Shown one piece after another: positions 1 through 11,547 of a stretch of 64,000 nt of DNA. This DNA comes from the human T2T-CHM13v2.0 reference genome, Homo sapiens: assembly GCF_009914755.1 (NCBI RefSeq), contig NC_060927.1; one strand, given 5' to 3'. Within the stretch, counting starts at the first letter, position 1; each line of letters starts with the position of its first letter. The notes below the pieces were generated by a model, which saw nothing but the letters and a program-made list of their open reading frames with translations, made no database searches and had not been told where the DNA came from. Position numbers and translations under genes: made by a program.

Positions 1-1894
1 GTGTGCGCATGTATTAGACAATCAGGGGATAGCTATATGTACTTGAAAGTTTACAAGTTATGATGGCAGAGAATCTAGAAGCAGTTTATATTCAGATTTT
101 CCGGCAAACAGTTGGCATTTAGGAAAGATAGCTGCAGACCACAGCATCTCAATCATCAAAACTGTGCCTCTAGAACAGATTCTAGTCACAGTGAGGATCA
201 GGAAAATTAAGAAAATGAAAGAACAATCTGGAAGTCCAATCCTAGAAGAAGTTATTTTCTAGAGCCAGGTGGACAAGAAAGGGACTCAAGTATATATAAT
301 GGGACAAATATTCAATTAAACTTAGAGACTCTAGAAGAACTATGCCTAGGAAACTAACAAATGCTTACTTATTGGAATTGAGACTCAGAGTTAGCAGCAA
401 GTGTTATTCTTCAAATCTCTTTGAATAAGATTGGAATTTTTTCTAGATACTTGGTATAATTATTCACAATACAGGTGAAAATGAAGCTTTGTTAGTTATC
501 ACGGAAGAAGAAGATTGGGAACCAATTAATCTGGCTCTTAATAATTGCAACAAAAATGCAAGACAGAATTGTCTCTGGACCATAAAATTGGCAGCAGTTA
601 TTTTTCTCTGCACATGATGAAATTAAGGGATAGAGAGAGGCAGCTATTTCATGTCTCTTAGCTCTGACACCCCTCACCCTATTTGAATACAAATGTTCTC
701 TGAGTGGAACACATTTTTATATCTTGAAATCTTTTAAACTTCACATGTCATAATTAAAGCTGTCATCAAATTTTACATGAAAGGCAGAAATTGGTAAATG
801 TGAGCTGGAAATGTAATTTTTAACTACCAATACACACACACACACGCAGCAATTTTTTGAATAATTAACTGCCCCTAAATGTTCTCCAGGAGTTTCTAAT
901 TACAACTTTCAACGGTGAATTTTTTTTAAATCTTGAAATAAATGTACAGAAAGTTGCAATAGTAAAAGTATTTTTTCTTAACTACTCAAGAGCAAATTAC
1001 AAACATAGTGAATATCTCTGACTTTGTCAGTGAATCATCTGACAAACAATGACATACTCCTACACAGATGATGCAACCATCACAATCAGAAATTAATCAT
1101 TGATACATTACTACCATGCATTCCACAGACTCAATTAAACATTTTCCATTTTTCCCAGTAACATCCTAAATTACAATAGGGTCCAAACTAGGCACATGTA
1201 TTGCATCAAGTTGTCAAATCCTCCATTTCCTTCAACCTGGAAGAGTTTCTGTCTTTTCTTGACTTCCTTTGCTTTGCTACCTTTGAAGATTCCATACCAA
1301 TTATCTACAGTATTGTCCCTCCAATCTGGGTCTATCTGATGTTATCTCATGAGGATATTCAAGCTCTGAATCTTTAACAGTAATACTACAGAGTGAGACT
1401 ATGTTTTTCCTATTGCATTTTATGAGCTGGTGCATGATATTACCATGTACCAGGGAACAATTTTTTCCCCTGTTTGTAATCAGTTGATGCCATTACTATG
1501 GATCCAACGTTCGTCACTGTCTAATATGGGCTATTCACCCTACATCAAATGTTCTACCTGCCCCTACCATGATGTAGTTAACTTCCTTACTCTACTCAGG
1601 CTCTAACAAGGTATGTTTCTCAGCTCTTAAAAGCAGATGTCCTTCTCACTCTGCTTCAGTTTGTCCCATCTCTGGTGCTGCTACTACCTATGATCACTTG
1701 ATTAAGGTGGTGGCCGCCAGGTCTCCCTATTGAAGTTACTTTATAATTTTTTTCTTTTATACTCAGTAAGCATTTGAAATCATGTAGCATACTGCCCCAA
1801 ACCACTGCTACCTTTAGCCACTAGTATTTGTGTTCACTGATACGTGTTGCCCAGTCATTTCTATGATGATGCCAATGGTGACTTTCCAACTTCC

Positions 1895-2176
1895 TTTTTT
1901 TATTTTGTGTTTAAGACAGTTTCACTCTGTCACTGCAGTGCAGTGGCACCATTTTAGCTAAGTGCAGCCTTGAACTCTTTGGCTCAAATGATCCTCTTGC
2001 TTCAGTCTCTGAGTAACTAGGACTAGAGGCATGCACCACCATGTCTGGCTAATTTTTTTTTTTTTTTTTTGTAGAGACAAGATCTTGCTATGTTGCTCAG
2101 GCTGGTCTCAAACTCTTGGCCTCAAGGGATCCTCCCAAAGCTTTAGGATTACAGGCATGAGCCACCACTTCCAGCT
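1895..2176 (-). mobile_element. AluJ-type SINE
   Basis: Antisense dimeric Alu with central T-tract, heavily diverged, with J-type 'cttgctatgttgctcaggctggtctcaaactc'. Confidence 0.9.
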
Positions 2177-2639
2177 GTAATTTTATCATCTTTACACTTA
2201 TTAGTTGAAATTCCACTGTAAAGAAGAGATTTTTCCTTTTTTCTATTCATTTCTTGGTATGATTTTTTTAATTTACACATGCCAGTATTGAGTCATTACT
2301 TAATTAGGATTTATATTCATAATAGATTCAATAGGTTATAAACCAGTACTATTTGTATCTTAATACTCAAATTGTCAAATGTTAGGCAGTAATAGCAACT
2401 TCAGCTGGGTTCTGTGTCCTTTGACATGTACTCATTATTCTTCGGGTATTTCTTTAGTTTTTGGCACCATAAGATGTACCAAATCATCTTGTACTTTTCC
2501 TGTGCCAGCTGTTATCAGCCAATTCTCCAGACTCTAGGTCCTTTGAGTGGAGAATAGTGTCTAGAAAACCAGATCTGGATTCATCTATTGCTATTGAAGT
2601 GTTGTTTCTCTCCATACTACTCAGTGAGCAAAACTAGGA

Positions 2640-2990
2640 AAATATAGTTATATTTTAATATTACATTTGTATGTAAGTATATAAAAATATATCTATACAC
2701 TCAGATTTATATCTGTATTTACTTTTAAATCTATATGCATGGATGTTATACACACACATACACACGGTTTTGTATATATGTATGTTCTCATGGATATATA
2801 TAGATATATATACAATCAACAACATATATAGATATGTTCTCATGGTTTTATATATAAATATATAAATTAATATAAATTCATATGTTCTCTTGGTTTTATA
2901 TATAATATATAATTAAAATATATTAAATTTTATAATTTATAAATATAATAAAAATAAATTATATATATATAAAACCATGAGAACATATCA
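2640..2990. repeat. AT-rich low-complexity tract with direct and inverted copies of tatgttctcatggttttatata
   Basis: Direct copies near 2781, 2833 and 2881; inverted copy at 2964-2989. Confidence 0.9.
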
Positions 2991-3489
2991 ATATCAAGTT
3001 TTATTTATCTTTCCATGTTTGTAAATCTTTTCTCTAGCAGTTAGAAATTGCCTTCTCATTAAATGGAATATATTTACTTAGGTAATTAGATCCTCTGCAT
3101 GTAATCCATTGATGCCATTACTCCCTTCACAATGGATCCAACCCTAGGCACTGGTACATACAGGCTATTCACTCTATATCAAATGTTCTGTCTGCCCCTA
3201 CCACAATGTGGTTAACTTCCTCACTCCACCCAGGCTCTAACACTATATGCTATTCAGCTCTTAAATGCAGATGGCCTTCTCACTTTGCTTCAATGGCTTA
3301 TCTCATTGCACTATTTCCCCTGGTAGTTGCTTTCTTCCTCATATTCAGGCCTTCTCACACAGAGGTACACATGTGCCCACACACACACCTAGACACTATC
3401 CCCACCATCCTTGGGCCCTGATATACCATGCTGGACCACAGGCCAAAATAACTAGATCCTGAGGTCCACAACCACCATAAAAGAAAATT

Positions 3490-4050
3490 AGCACAACAAA
3501 TACATATACCACCCGAAGTTACCATATTGGAACACATGGTATAAGAACTTAAAATAAGGATTAAAGTTAAACTCAAAAAGAGAATAAAATATGTTAGCAA
3601 TATAAAACAAAAATCAGAAAACATTTTAAAAAATGAGAGGAAATAATAGGTATGGAAAATAAGATAACTGAAAGAAATATAGTAATAGGGTGGGTAGATA
3701 GATACAGCCATAGATAGATGTAACTGAAGAATAAATTCAAGAGCTAGAAGATCAGATTGACCTTCTAGATCCAGAGAGGCGTAGAAAAGGATAAATAGAG
3801 AAATACAAAAGTACGAGTAAAATATACAGTCGATTAAAATGGAGTTCTAGAAACAATATTAGAAGAAGGAAAAAATGGGAGAGAGAAAATGGTCAAAAAA
3901 GTAATAATAATTTTTCCAGAAAAAAAGGAAAAAAAAACCACACGTATATATTTTATAGTTAAATTCAAAAAGCACAAAGAGAAAAATTCTAAAAGTTTCT
4001 ACAGTGAAAAAGGGTTCGATATTAACAGGTGCTACACTAGGAGGAGACAA
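3490..4050 (+). mobile_element. Degraded L1/HAL1 ORF1-like fragment
   Basis: A-rich strand with ORF1-like phrases (gagctagaagatcagattga; ggagttctagaa...aatgggagagagaaaat). No intact frame. Confidence 0.45.
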
Positions 4051-5196
4051 TCTCTCTAGGTTTTAATTCCACCATCCCTGGGGATTTGGAGGAGGAGACA
4101 TACCCCAGAGTGCAGGTTTGTTCAAGACTTTTTACAACAGTGCCTCACTCCAGTAGATATGGGAAGGCCTGCTAAACCCAATTTCTGTTCCACTATTTAA
4201 TCTCTCCTTTTTCATAGTTTGTTCATAATCATACACGTTTTTACCTAAGTTTAATCATTACGTATATCTCTCTGTATTCTTTTCACTTACAGCATATCCA
4301 TGTTTCTAAATATTCTTTTTACATTTTTAACAGCCACACATTTTATCACAATTCTCTAAGTCATTTCCCTGTTTCACATGTTTATGTTGTTTTCTGTTAT
4401 TGCTATTACAGATTATACTACAGAGAGTTGAATTATTCTTGTAGGATAAATTTCTAAGTACAGGATTGCTTTTGTTATTGCTATGAAGAGTAATATTGCC
4501 TTACCAACGGATTGTTCAAATTAGCAATGCCAACAGCAGCAGGTGTGTCTTTAGAGCAAGTTTATTCAAGACTTTCTGATATTTATTATTAAAATTTAAA
4601 ATGTGATCATGGTGCTGACTCTAGTGAAAATAAACAGACTCTATGCATATTTATTTTCAGATGTGAGTATGGAATAATATAAAACAATATGCATCAGGAT
4701 CAGCACATGCATGAGGATGTAAATAAAGAGATGAAAAGTAGCTTTTTGCTATGTAAATATGTCATTATTTTGACCTAGTCTTTGCCTAGTGATACATAAG
4801 GAAGTCCTTCTGTCAGTTGGAAGGATCCAATGTAAATATAGCATTCTTCTCAGAGCAAAAGATTAGGTTTATTTTCTTTGACCTCTGTGCTTCTTTTAAA
4901 TAGTTCTAGACCTCGAGATGTAGAAAGCAGAATAAAATAATTTGAAATCCTTCCATACAAATGTTTAAGATCTCTGAAGGAAATTTAAAAGCAGCTCTCA
5001 AAAAATAAAGTAAAATATAACCAAATATACAAAAGCAAAACTGAAGACAGAATCAACAATCAGAGAAGTAAGCAAAAGAGTTGGTACTCTGTTTGCCGCA
5101 TATTCAGAAGTTATGGGTCTTGGTAAAATTAGAGTGGGACTATAGCATCCACACTGGGACAAAAGAGATGATCATGTTCCCAAAGAGGCAGGGTGT

Positions 5197-5836
5197 TGCA
5201 GACCCAAAGAGTGCGCAGCAGCAATATTTATTGTAAAGAGCAAAAGAATAAAGCTTCCACAGTGTGGAAAGTGACCCAAGCAGGTTGCTGCTCCTGGCTG
5301 GTGTGGCCAGCTTTTATTCCCTTATCTGTCCCCACCCACGTCCTGCTGATTGGTCCATTTTACTGAGTGCTGATTGGTCCATTTTACAGAGTGCTGACTG
5401 GTCCATTTTGCAGAGTGCTGATTGGTGGGTTTACAGTTCTTTAGCTAGATACAGAGCGCTGATTGGTGCATTTTTACAGAGTGCTGATTGGTGCATTTAC
5501 AATCCTTTAGCTAGACACAGAATGCTGATTGGTGCGTTTTTCCAGAGTGCTGATTGGTGCATTTTTACAGAGTACTGATTGGTGCATTTACAATCCTTTA
5601 GCTAGACACAGAGTGCTGATTGGTGCATTTACAATTCTTTAGATAGACACAGAGAGCTGATGGTGCGTTTTTACAGAGTGCTGATTGGCACATTTACAAT
5701 CCTTTGTCTAGACCCAGAGTGCTGATTGGTGCATTTTTACAGAGTGCTGATTGGTGCATTTACAATCCTCTAGCTAGACAGAAAAGTTCTCCAAGTCCCC
5801 ACTTGACCCAGGAATTCCAGCTGGCTTCACCTCTCA
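5197..5836 (-). mobile_element. LTR12-family (HERV9) LTR, LTR12F-like; U3+R present, U5 missing
   Basis: Minus strand begins TGAGAGGTGAAGCCAGCTGG, followed by tandem CCAATCAGCACTCTGT units, the GATAAGGGAATAAAAG box and a poly(A) signal at 5227-5232. Confidence 0.92.
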
Positions 5837-5906
5837 ATCCCCCCTCTAATCACGACACCCCAACAGCTGTTGGGAATTGGGCAATGACCACTCTAGCTAC
5901 TTCCAG
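5837..5906 (-). mobile_element. HERV9 internal 3' end with polypurine tract
   Basis: Minus strand reads ggaagtagctagagtggtcattgcccaattcccaacagc...AGAGGGGGGAT, directly abutting the LTR TG. Confidence 0.8.
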
Positions 5907-6237
5907 TAAGAATGTGATCCAGTAAAAATTAGTGCATGTGTGTGAAAATGGTTATTGTAAATTTTAATCACTATATTAATGCAAGGTAATATTGTAAGTA
6001 GTACAGTATACATATTGTGACGTTTTCTCGCTGCTAACTTAGACAAAAATATATTGAATTTTAGAAAACCAGAAAAGATTCTTCACCTATATCTGTATCT
6101 AAAATAAGCAGGAAAGATCATTGAAAGGTGTAAGGTAAAGAGTCTATAAAGTTCACTTATGTGGATCGTTTGGAACAAAGCTTGAGCAGGGAATTAGACA
6201 AACAATCAAAACAAACAAACATATGAGCCCAGTGCTA

Positions 6238-6636
6238 TGACAATCTTGAAAAGGCAGAACTATGAGACAATAAAAAGATCAGTGGTTGCTGCCAGGGGTT
6301 TCTGGGGAGAGAGGGAGGGAAGGAGGGCTGAAGAGGTGGTGCACAGGGGATTTTAGAGTAGTGAAGCTATCCCGTATGATACTATCATGATGGATATACA
6401 CCATTATGCATTGTCAAAGCCCATTGAATATACAACACAAAAAGTGAATACCAATGTAAACTATGGACTTTATGTGTCATTATTGGTCTATCAGGGTAAC
6501 AAATGTTCCACAGTAATGCAAGATGTTAATAATAGGAGGCTTGGGAGACAGAGGGTATTGGGGAACTGTATACTTTCTCCTCAGTATTTTTGCAAACCTA
6601 AAATGCTCTAAGAAACAAAGTCTATTAATTGAAAAA
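6238..6636 (+). mobile_element. L1MC1/2-like 3' end
   Basis: Motifs aaaagatcagtggttgc..., gtatgatactatcatgatggata, aatgtaaactatggactt and gggaactgtatactttct. Confidence 0.8.
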
Positions 6637-7767
6637 CAAACGAAAATGCATAGTACCTAAATTAAAAGCACAATGCTCAGACTCTACGTAGATTTACTCA
6701 TAGATAGATAAGGCACTCAGGCATTTTCTAAAGGCCTCTTTACTTTTGTTTTGGTTATTATTTTAATGGATTCAGTATACGGATTTTCCATTTAATTTGT
6801 TTGAAAGTGTACCTTGAGGGAAAGAAGTAATATATTTATTATTACAATTTCTATCTAGCAGTAAGAAGTGACATTTGTAGGCCTGCCAGTATAATGTGGC
6901 TACTTTGCATTACCTGCTTTCAAATGTGCCATGCTCTGCCCTGACACTAACACCTGGCTACTCTTAAACCTCTGCTTTAAGGAAAACTTTAAAGATCCTG
7001 TGAACCACTTCCCAACCCAGACTTCTCAGGATCCATCAAATACGGGATTAACACATTTCATCTCCAGAGACTATGTCAGTTCTGTGACTAGAGTCCTTCC
7101 TGTTTGGTGTCTTTGCCTTATTTGCAAAATTTTTGAATATCAAACATAAACAGAAAAATTCAAAAAGGTAGAGCGATTAGTACAGATTTAGAATAGAGGT
7201 AAGGGACCTACAAACTCAGAAATAAAAACTCTAATATATGAAAACATGTACAGCTTTAAGAATATTTATCCTTTTATGTTGTATAATGCTTTATTTATCA
7301 TTTTTAAAGTGTTAATAAAATAGTGAGTCATACTGGAAAGGTTATTGTCCACATGTTCTTTATCTGAAAATAGAAAAGCATTCAATATTCTTTGGAAATA
7401 TTTTAATCTATTTTTTTCTGTTTTTAAAAATATGAGTTCCCCACATCTCCTGAAGGTCTTCTCAATGCTCTCATGATGAACACTCATTGTAGAACTCAAT
7501 GTAAGGTTTAGAAGTGTCTATTTATGGCTCTGAGGTTCAAAGAGGCTAGCAATTGTATCTTAGTCATCACTGCGTAACAAACACCTAAAATAGAATCTGT
7601 ACAAAGTATTGAATAAATATTTGTCGGAAAAAGTATAACTGGCTATCTGAGAACATTCAATTCTGTGGAATTCTTTTGCTGATGATATTGGATAAAATAA
7701 ATTTTAAGGTTTAAAAAATACAATAAAATATAAAGAAGCAAAAGTCTTTAAATTTTTATTTTTTCAG

Positions 7768-7860
7768 AAATAAGAGTCGTCAGCATGCAAGTTCAGACAG
7801 TCACAAAATTGAAAACAGTTACTAATGTTGTTGGATTTGTAATGGGCTTGACATCTCCAG
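7768..7860 (+). CDS. NAALADL2: Internal coding exon (93 nt, phase 1-1) of NAALADL2, probably exon 7: (E)IRVVSMQVQTVTKLKTVTNVVGFVMGLTSP(D)
   Basis: Acceptor ttttattttttcag| and donor CAG|gtaagt. The open frame resembles the PSMA/TfR strand preceding 'PDRYV' and joins the next exon in frame (G|AC = Asp). Missed by the ORF track. Confidence 0.95.
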
Positions 7861-8066
7861 GTAAGTAGGGTTGAAAATTTATAATCTACACTTTATATGA
7901 AACTATACAAGGAAATGCTCTGTAATAATTTAATATTATACTTAAATATCCTACTTGAGATATAACTAGAAATTTGTCCCACTCTTAGAGTAGATAAATT
8001 TGAAACTAAGAAGTGGGTCTTCCTTCTCTTTCCTACCGTATCTCTTCTAAAATAAATCTTAGTCGG

Positions 8067-8068
<2 letters not shown>

Positions 8069-8099
<31 letters not shown>
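8069..8099 (+). repeat. (GA)n microsatellite
   Basis: About 15 perfect GA units. Confidence 0.97.
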
Positions 8100-8105
<6 letters not shown>

Positions 8106-8262
8106 ATCTCTCAGGAGGAGATGAAACAAGAAACAGAGTTTAGATTTGGTAAACTGGCATGTTCTAAAAAAGCCAAAGTTTTCTTTTTTCTTATACTCAC
8201 CATAACACCACTGAAAATTTTATTTTGATCAAGAAGACATTTTAAAGAATGATTTTCTTTTT

Positions 8263-8532
<270 letters not shown>

Positions 8533-8664
8533 TAAATAAAAGTTTTGGTCTCCAAATTTAGTTGTCCAGTTTTATTCTATGTCCCACTCTGTATCCTTGG
8601 TCCATTGCCAAATTTGTCAAATGTCTGCATGGCTTTAGGTTTTCAATGTGCTTATGAAAATGGT

Positions 8665-8803
8665 CACCTGCAGCTACTCAGGAGGCTGAGACAGGAGAAT
8701 CGCTTGAATCTGGGAGGCGGAGGTTGCAGTTAGCTGAGATTATGCCACTGCTCTCTAGCCTGGGCAACAGAGAGAGACTCCATCTCAAAAAAAAAAAAAA
8801 AAA
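8665..8803 (+). mobile_element. AluS right-arm fragment with poly(A)
   Basis: cagctactcaggaggctgagacaggagaatcgcttgaa...catctc followed by an A-tail. Confidence 0.92.
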
Positions 8804-9460
8804 TTGAAATCTTCAGATATTATGTAGGCTAATTAAGAGATTAATAGCAATACTTCCAAACACATCGTAAGGCTGAATCACATATTACTGTCTAATGTGC
8901 CTGTTATACAGTGTAGCATGTAACACTCTTTTTATTACACTTTTGCTACTTCTGTTGATTTTGGGACATTTACGCAAGTTCTCCCTGGAGAATTATTCTT
9001 TTCCATGACTTTAGTAAAATTGGCCTAGTTGCTAGCTCAGAATTTTAAGATCAAGTTTTACAGCCTCCCAGTTTCTTGCTGGCCAACTCTTACAAAGTTC
9101 ATGAAAGCCAGTTATTTTCTCCGATTTCTTTACAGTCACAATGTTGAACAACCTCTGATTATAGTTCTTTAAATACAAGATATAAATAAATTTGAAAATT
9201 GTTACTATTGAATTTCAACAAATTTCCATCATAAGGTTCTCAATTGAAGCACTAGAATATTTATTATCACTGATACATTCGCAAGTTGTTATTGGAAAAC
9301 CCAGTTGTACAAATTATACTAGCTTTAGAGTGAAGAAAATTCACTGTACAAAATAAACTCCTGGAATTGAAAAAATCGATTTTACCATTAGTATTCTTCA
9401 GTATATGATATGCAGAGTTTCTCAAATTTTGCTTATTTGAATTTTACAAAAAATTGACTA

Positions 9461-9638
<178 letters not shown>

Positions 9639-9836
9639 TTACATAACATTTTATTTAATAACTTTGAAGATTAGAAACAATAATCAATTAGCATTGTTTC
9701 TTAGATATGGTTTATTTAGAATGCAGACAATTCCAAGCAAAACTTTTGAGACATTTATGGGAGATAAGTGAATAAATTCTTGGGTTTTTAACATTTGCAG
9801 ACACACTCTCACACTATGTATACCATGAATTAAATC

Positions 9837-10127
9837 TTTTTTTTTTTTTTTTTTTGAGATGGAGTCTTGCTCTATCACGGGGCTGGAATGTAGTGACACG
9901 ATCTTCGCTCATTGCATCCTCCGCCTCTGAGGTTCAAGCAATTCCCTGCCTCAGCCTCCCGAATAGCTGGAATTACAGGTGCCCGCCACCAAGCCCAGCT
10001 AATTTTTGTATTTTTAGTAGAGACGAGGTTTCACCATCTTGGCCAGGCTGGTCTTGAACTCCTGACCTCGTGATCCACCTGTCTCGGCCTCCCAAAATAC
10101 CGGGATTACAGGCGTGAGCCACCGCCC
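9837..10127 (-). mobile_element. AluS (Sg/Sc-like), full length
   Basis: Poly(T) followed by an antisense dimer; degenerate TSD aattaaa(t/c)c. Confidence 0.93.
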
Positions 10128-10259
10128 ATTAATTAAACCTTAATAAAATGTTGGCAGATCAAATCCATTGCCAATTCCTGTGTGGAAAACTAAAATATCT
10201 TCATACTGTGGCATTTCTTGTAAGGTAGCTTTCTGGTGTTATAAGTCAAAGGGTGATTC

Positions 10260-10500
10260 ATTTATTCCACCCATGTGTAAGACCTACTTTGTGTTGAGCA
10301 TTGTTCAAAGTGGCTTACAAACAGTAACTCCTAAAACTCAGAACAACTAAATGGAGATGTACTATTTGTTTTCCTACCTTAGAGATGAAAATACTAAGGC
10401 ATCGAAAGTTGAAATAAGCTTTCCAAGGTCACACAACTAGTGACTTGCACAGCCTGGATTCTAACCCAAGCAGGCTGGATTCAGGGTCTGAACAATTTAC
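10260..10500 (-). mobile_element. MIR SINE
   Basis: Antisense core gatgaaaatactaaggc...tccaaggtcacacaactagt...ggattctaacccaagcag. Confidence 0.8.
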
Positions 10501-11341
10501 CATCCAGTTGTGGGACATCTGGTAAAAAAATGATATTCAATGAAGAAAAATTTTTGCACAGATGTATGAAGATACTTGCTCAGATAAATTCAGATATGTT
10601 ATTATTACCAATAACATTCGCTGACAAGAAAATCAGAGGAAACTCTCTGGGGGCATTTTCAGCCTTATTATTGAAAATATTCAGTAATGTACATTGAACA
10701 GCTACTTCCATGTGTTAGGAAGGCTCTCCTAGTAGTGTATCTAATACATTTTGAATGATTGCATTAAATAAAATATGTAAAAGGCAACTTTTACAACAGT
10801 TGAATGACTTTTGATATTGGTGAATTTTATTTTTTTTCTTCACAGAAAGGAGAGGGCCTAAAATTTTAAGTTGGAAGCTGTAATTAATTCCCTGTGGAAT
10901 TAATTTATTGCAGAATCCATACATGACTACCACATTTTTAATATTTAAAGCGCCTTCTTAAATGTATTAATAGTTTATTAATATTTACTGAGCATGCATA
11001 CATTGTTTACAGGGCACTTCCCACTCTGAGTCTGGAAAAATGTTAGATAAGGGTTTCACTGTGGCATATTTACATGCTTCATTAATTAATATTCATGTTC
11101 TAAAGGAGAGTAATATGGATCTAAGCTTTGGATTCATAATTGGGTTCAGCAGCTGCCTCTGCTTTGATATACACAGATGTGTGAATTAAGACAGTGAGCA
11201 AAAAAATTAAAGTAGTCTTAATTATTAGAGCAATTTTGCTTAATTATTGCTCAGTTGTGCAATAGAATTATGTAAATGTCATTAAATTTATTGTTAAGGT
11301 TTACATTTTTTTAAATGGCTCTTGTCCCTTTCTATTTTCAG

Positions 11342-11547
11342 ACCGGTATATCATAGTTGGCAGCCATCATCACACTGCACACAGTTATAATGGACAAGAA
11401 TGGGCCAGTAGTACTGCAATAATCACAGCGTTTATCCGTGCCTTGATGTCAAAAGTTAAGAGAGGGTGGAGACCAGACCGAACTATTGTTTTCTGTTCTT
11501 GGGGAGGAACAGCTTTTGGCAATATTGGCTCATATGAATGGGGAGAG
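11342..11547 (+). CDS. NAALADL2: Internal coding exon (206 nt, phase 1-0) of NAALADL2, probably exon 8: DRYIIVGSHHHTAHSYNGQEWASSTAIITAFIRALMSKVKRGWRPDRTIVFCSWGGTAFGNIGSYEWGE
   Basis: Acceptor ccctttctattttcag| and donor GAG|gtaaag. The translation aligns with the M28 core of PSMA (DRYVILGGHRD...[28 protein letters not shown]). Confidence 0.97.

Larger units (their letters stand above)
920..3480 (-). mobile_element. Old L1 3' region (L1MC4-like), interrupted by an Alu, an AT-rich tract and a duplicated segment
   Basis: Recognisable antisense L1MC 3'UTR motifs (aatcagaaattaatcattgataca; tgatcacttgattaaggtggtg; gtctagaaaaccagatctgg). Boundaries approximate. Confidence 0.65.

Noticed and set aside
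5264-5925. ORFs with repeated QSADW peptides; repeat array superficially CRISPR-like
   Set aside because: Antisense translation of the LTR12 U3 tandem repeats. There are no unique spacers and no cas genes, and the context is eukaryotic.
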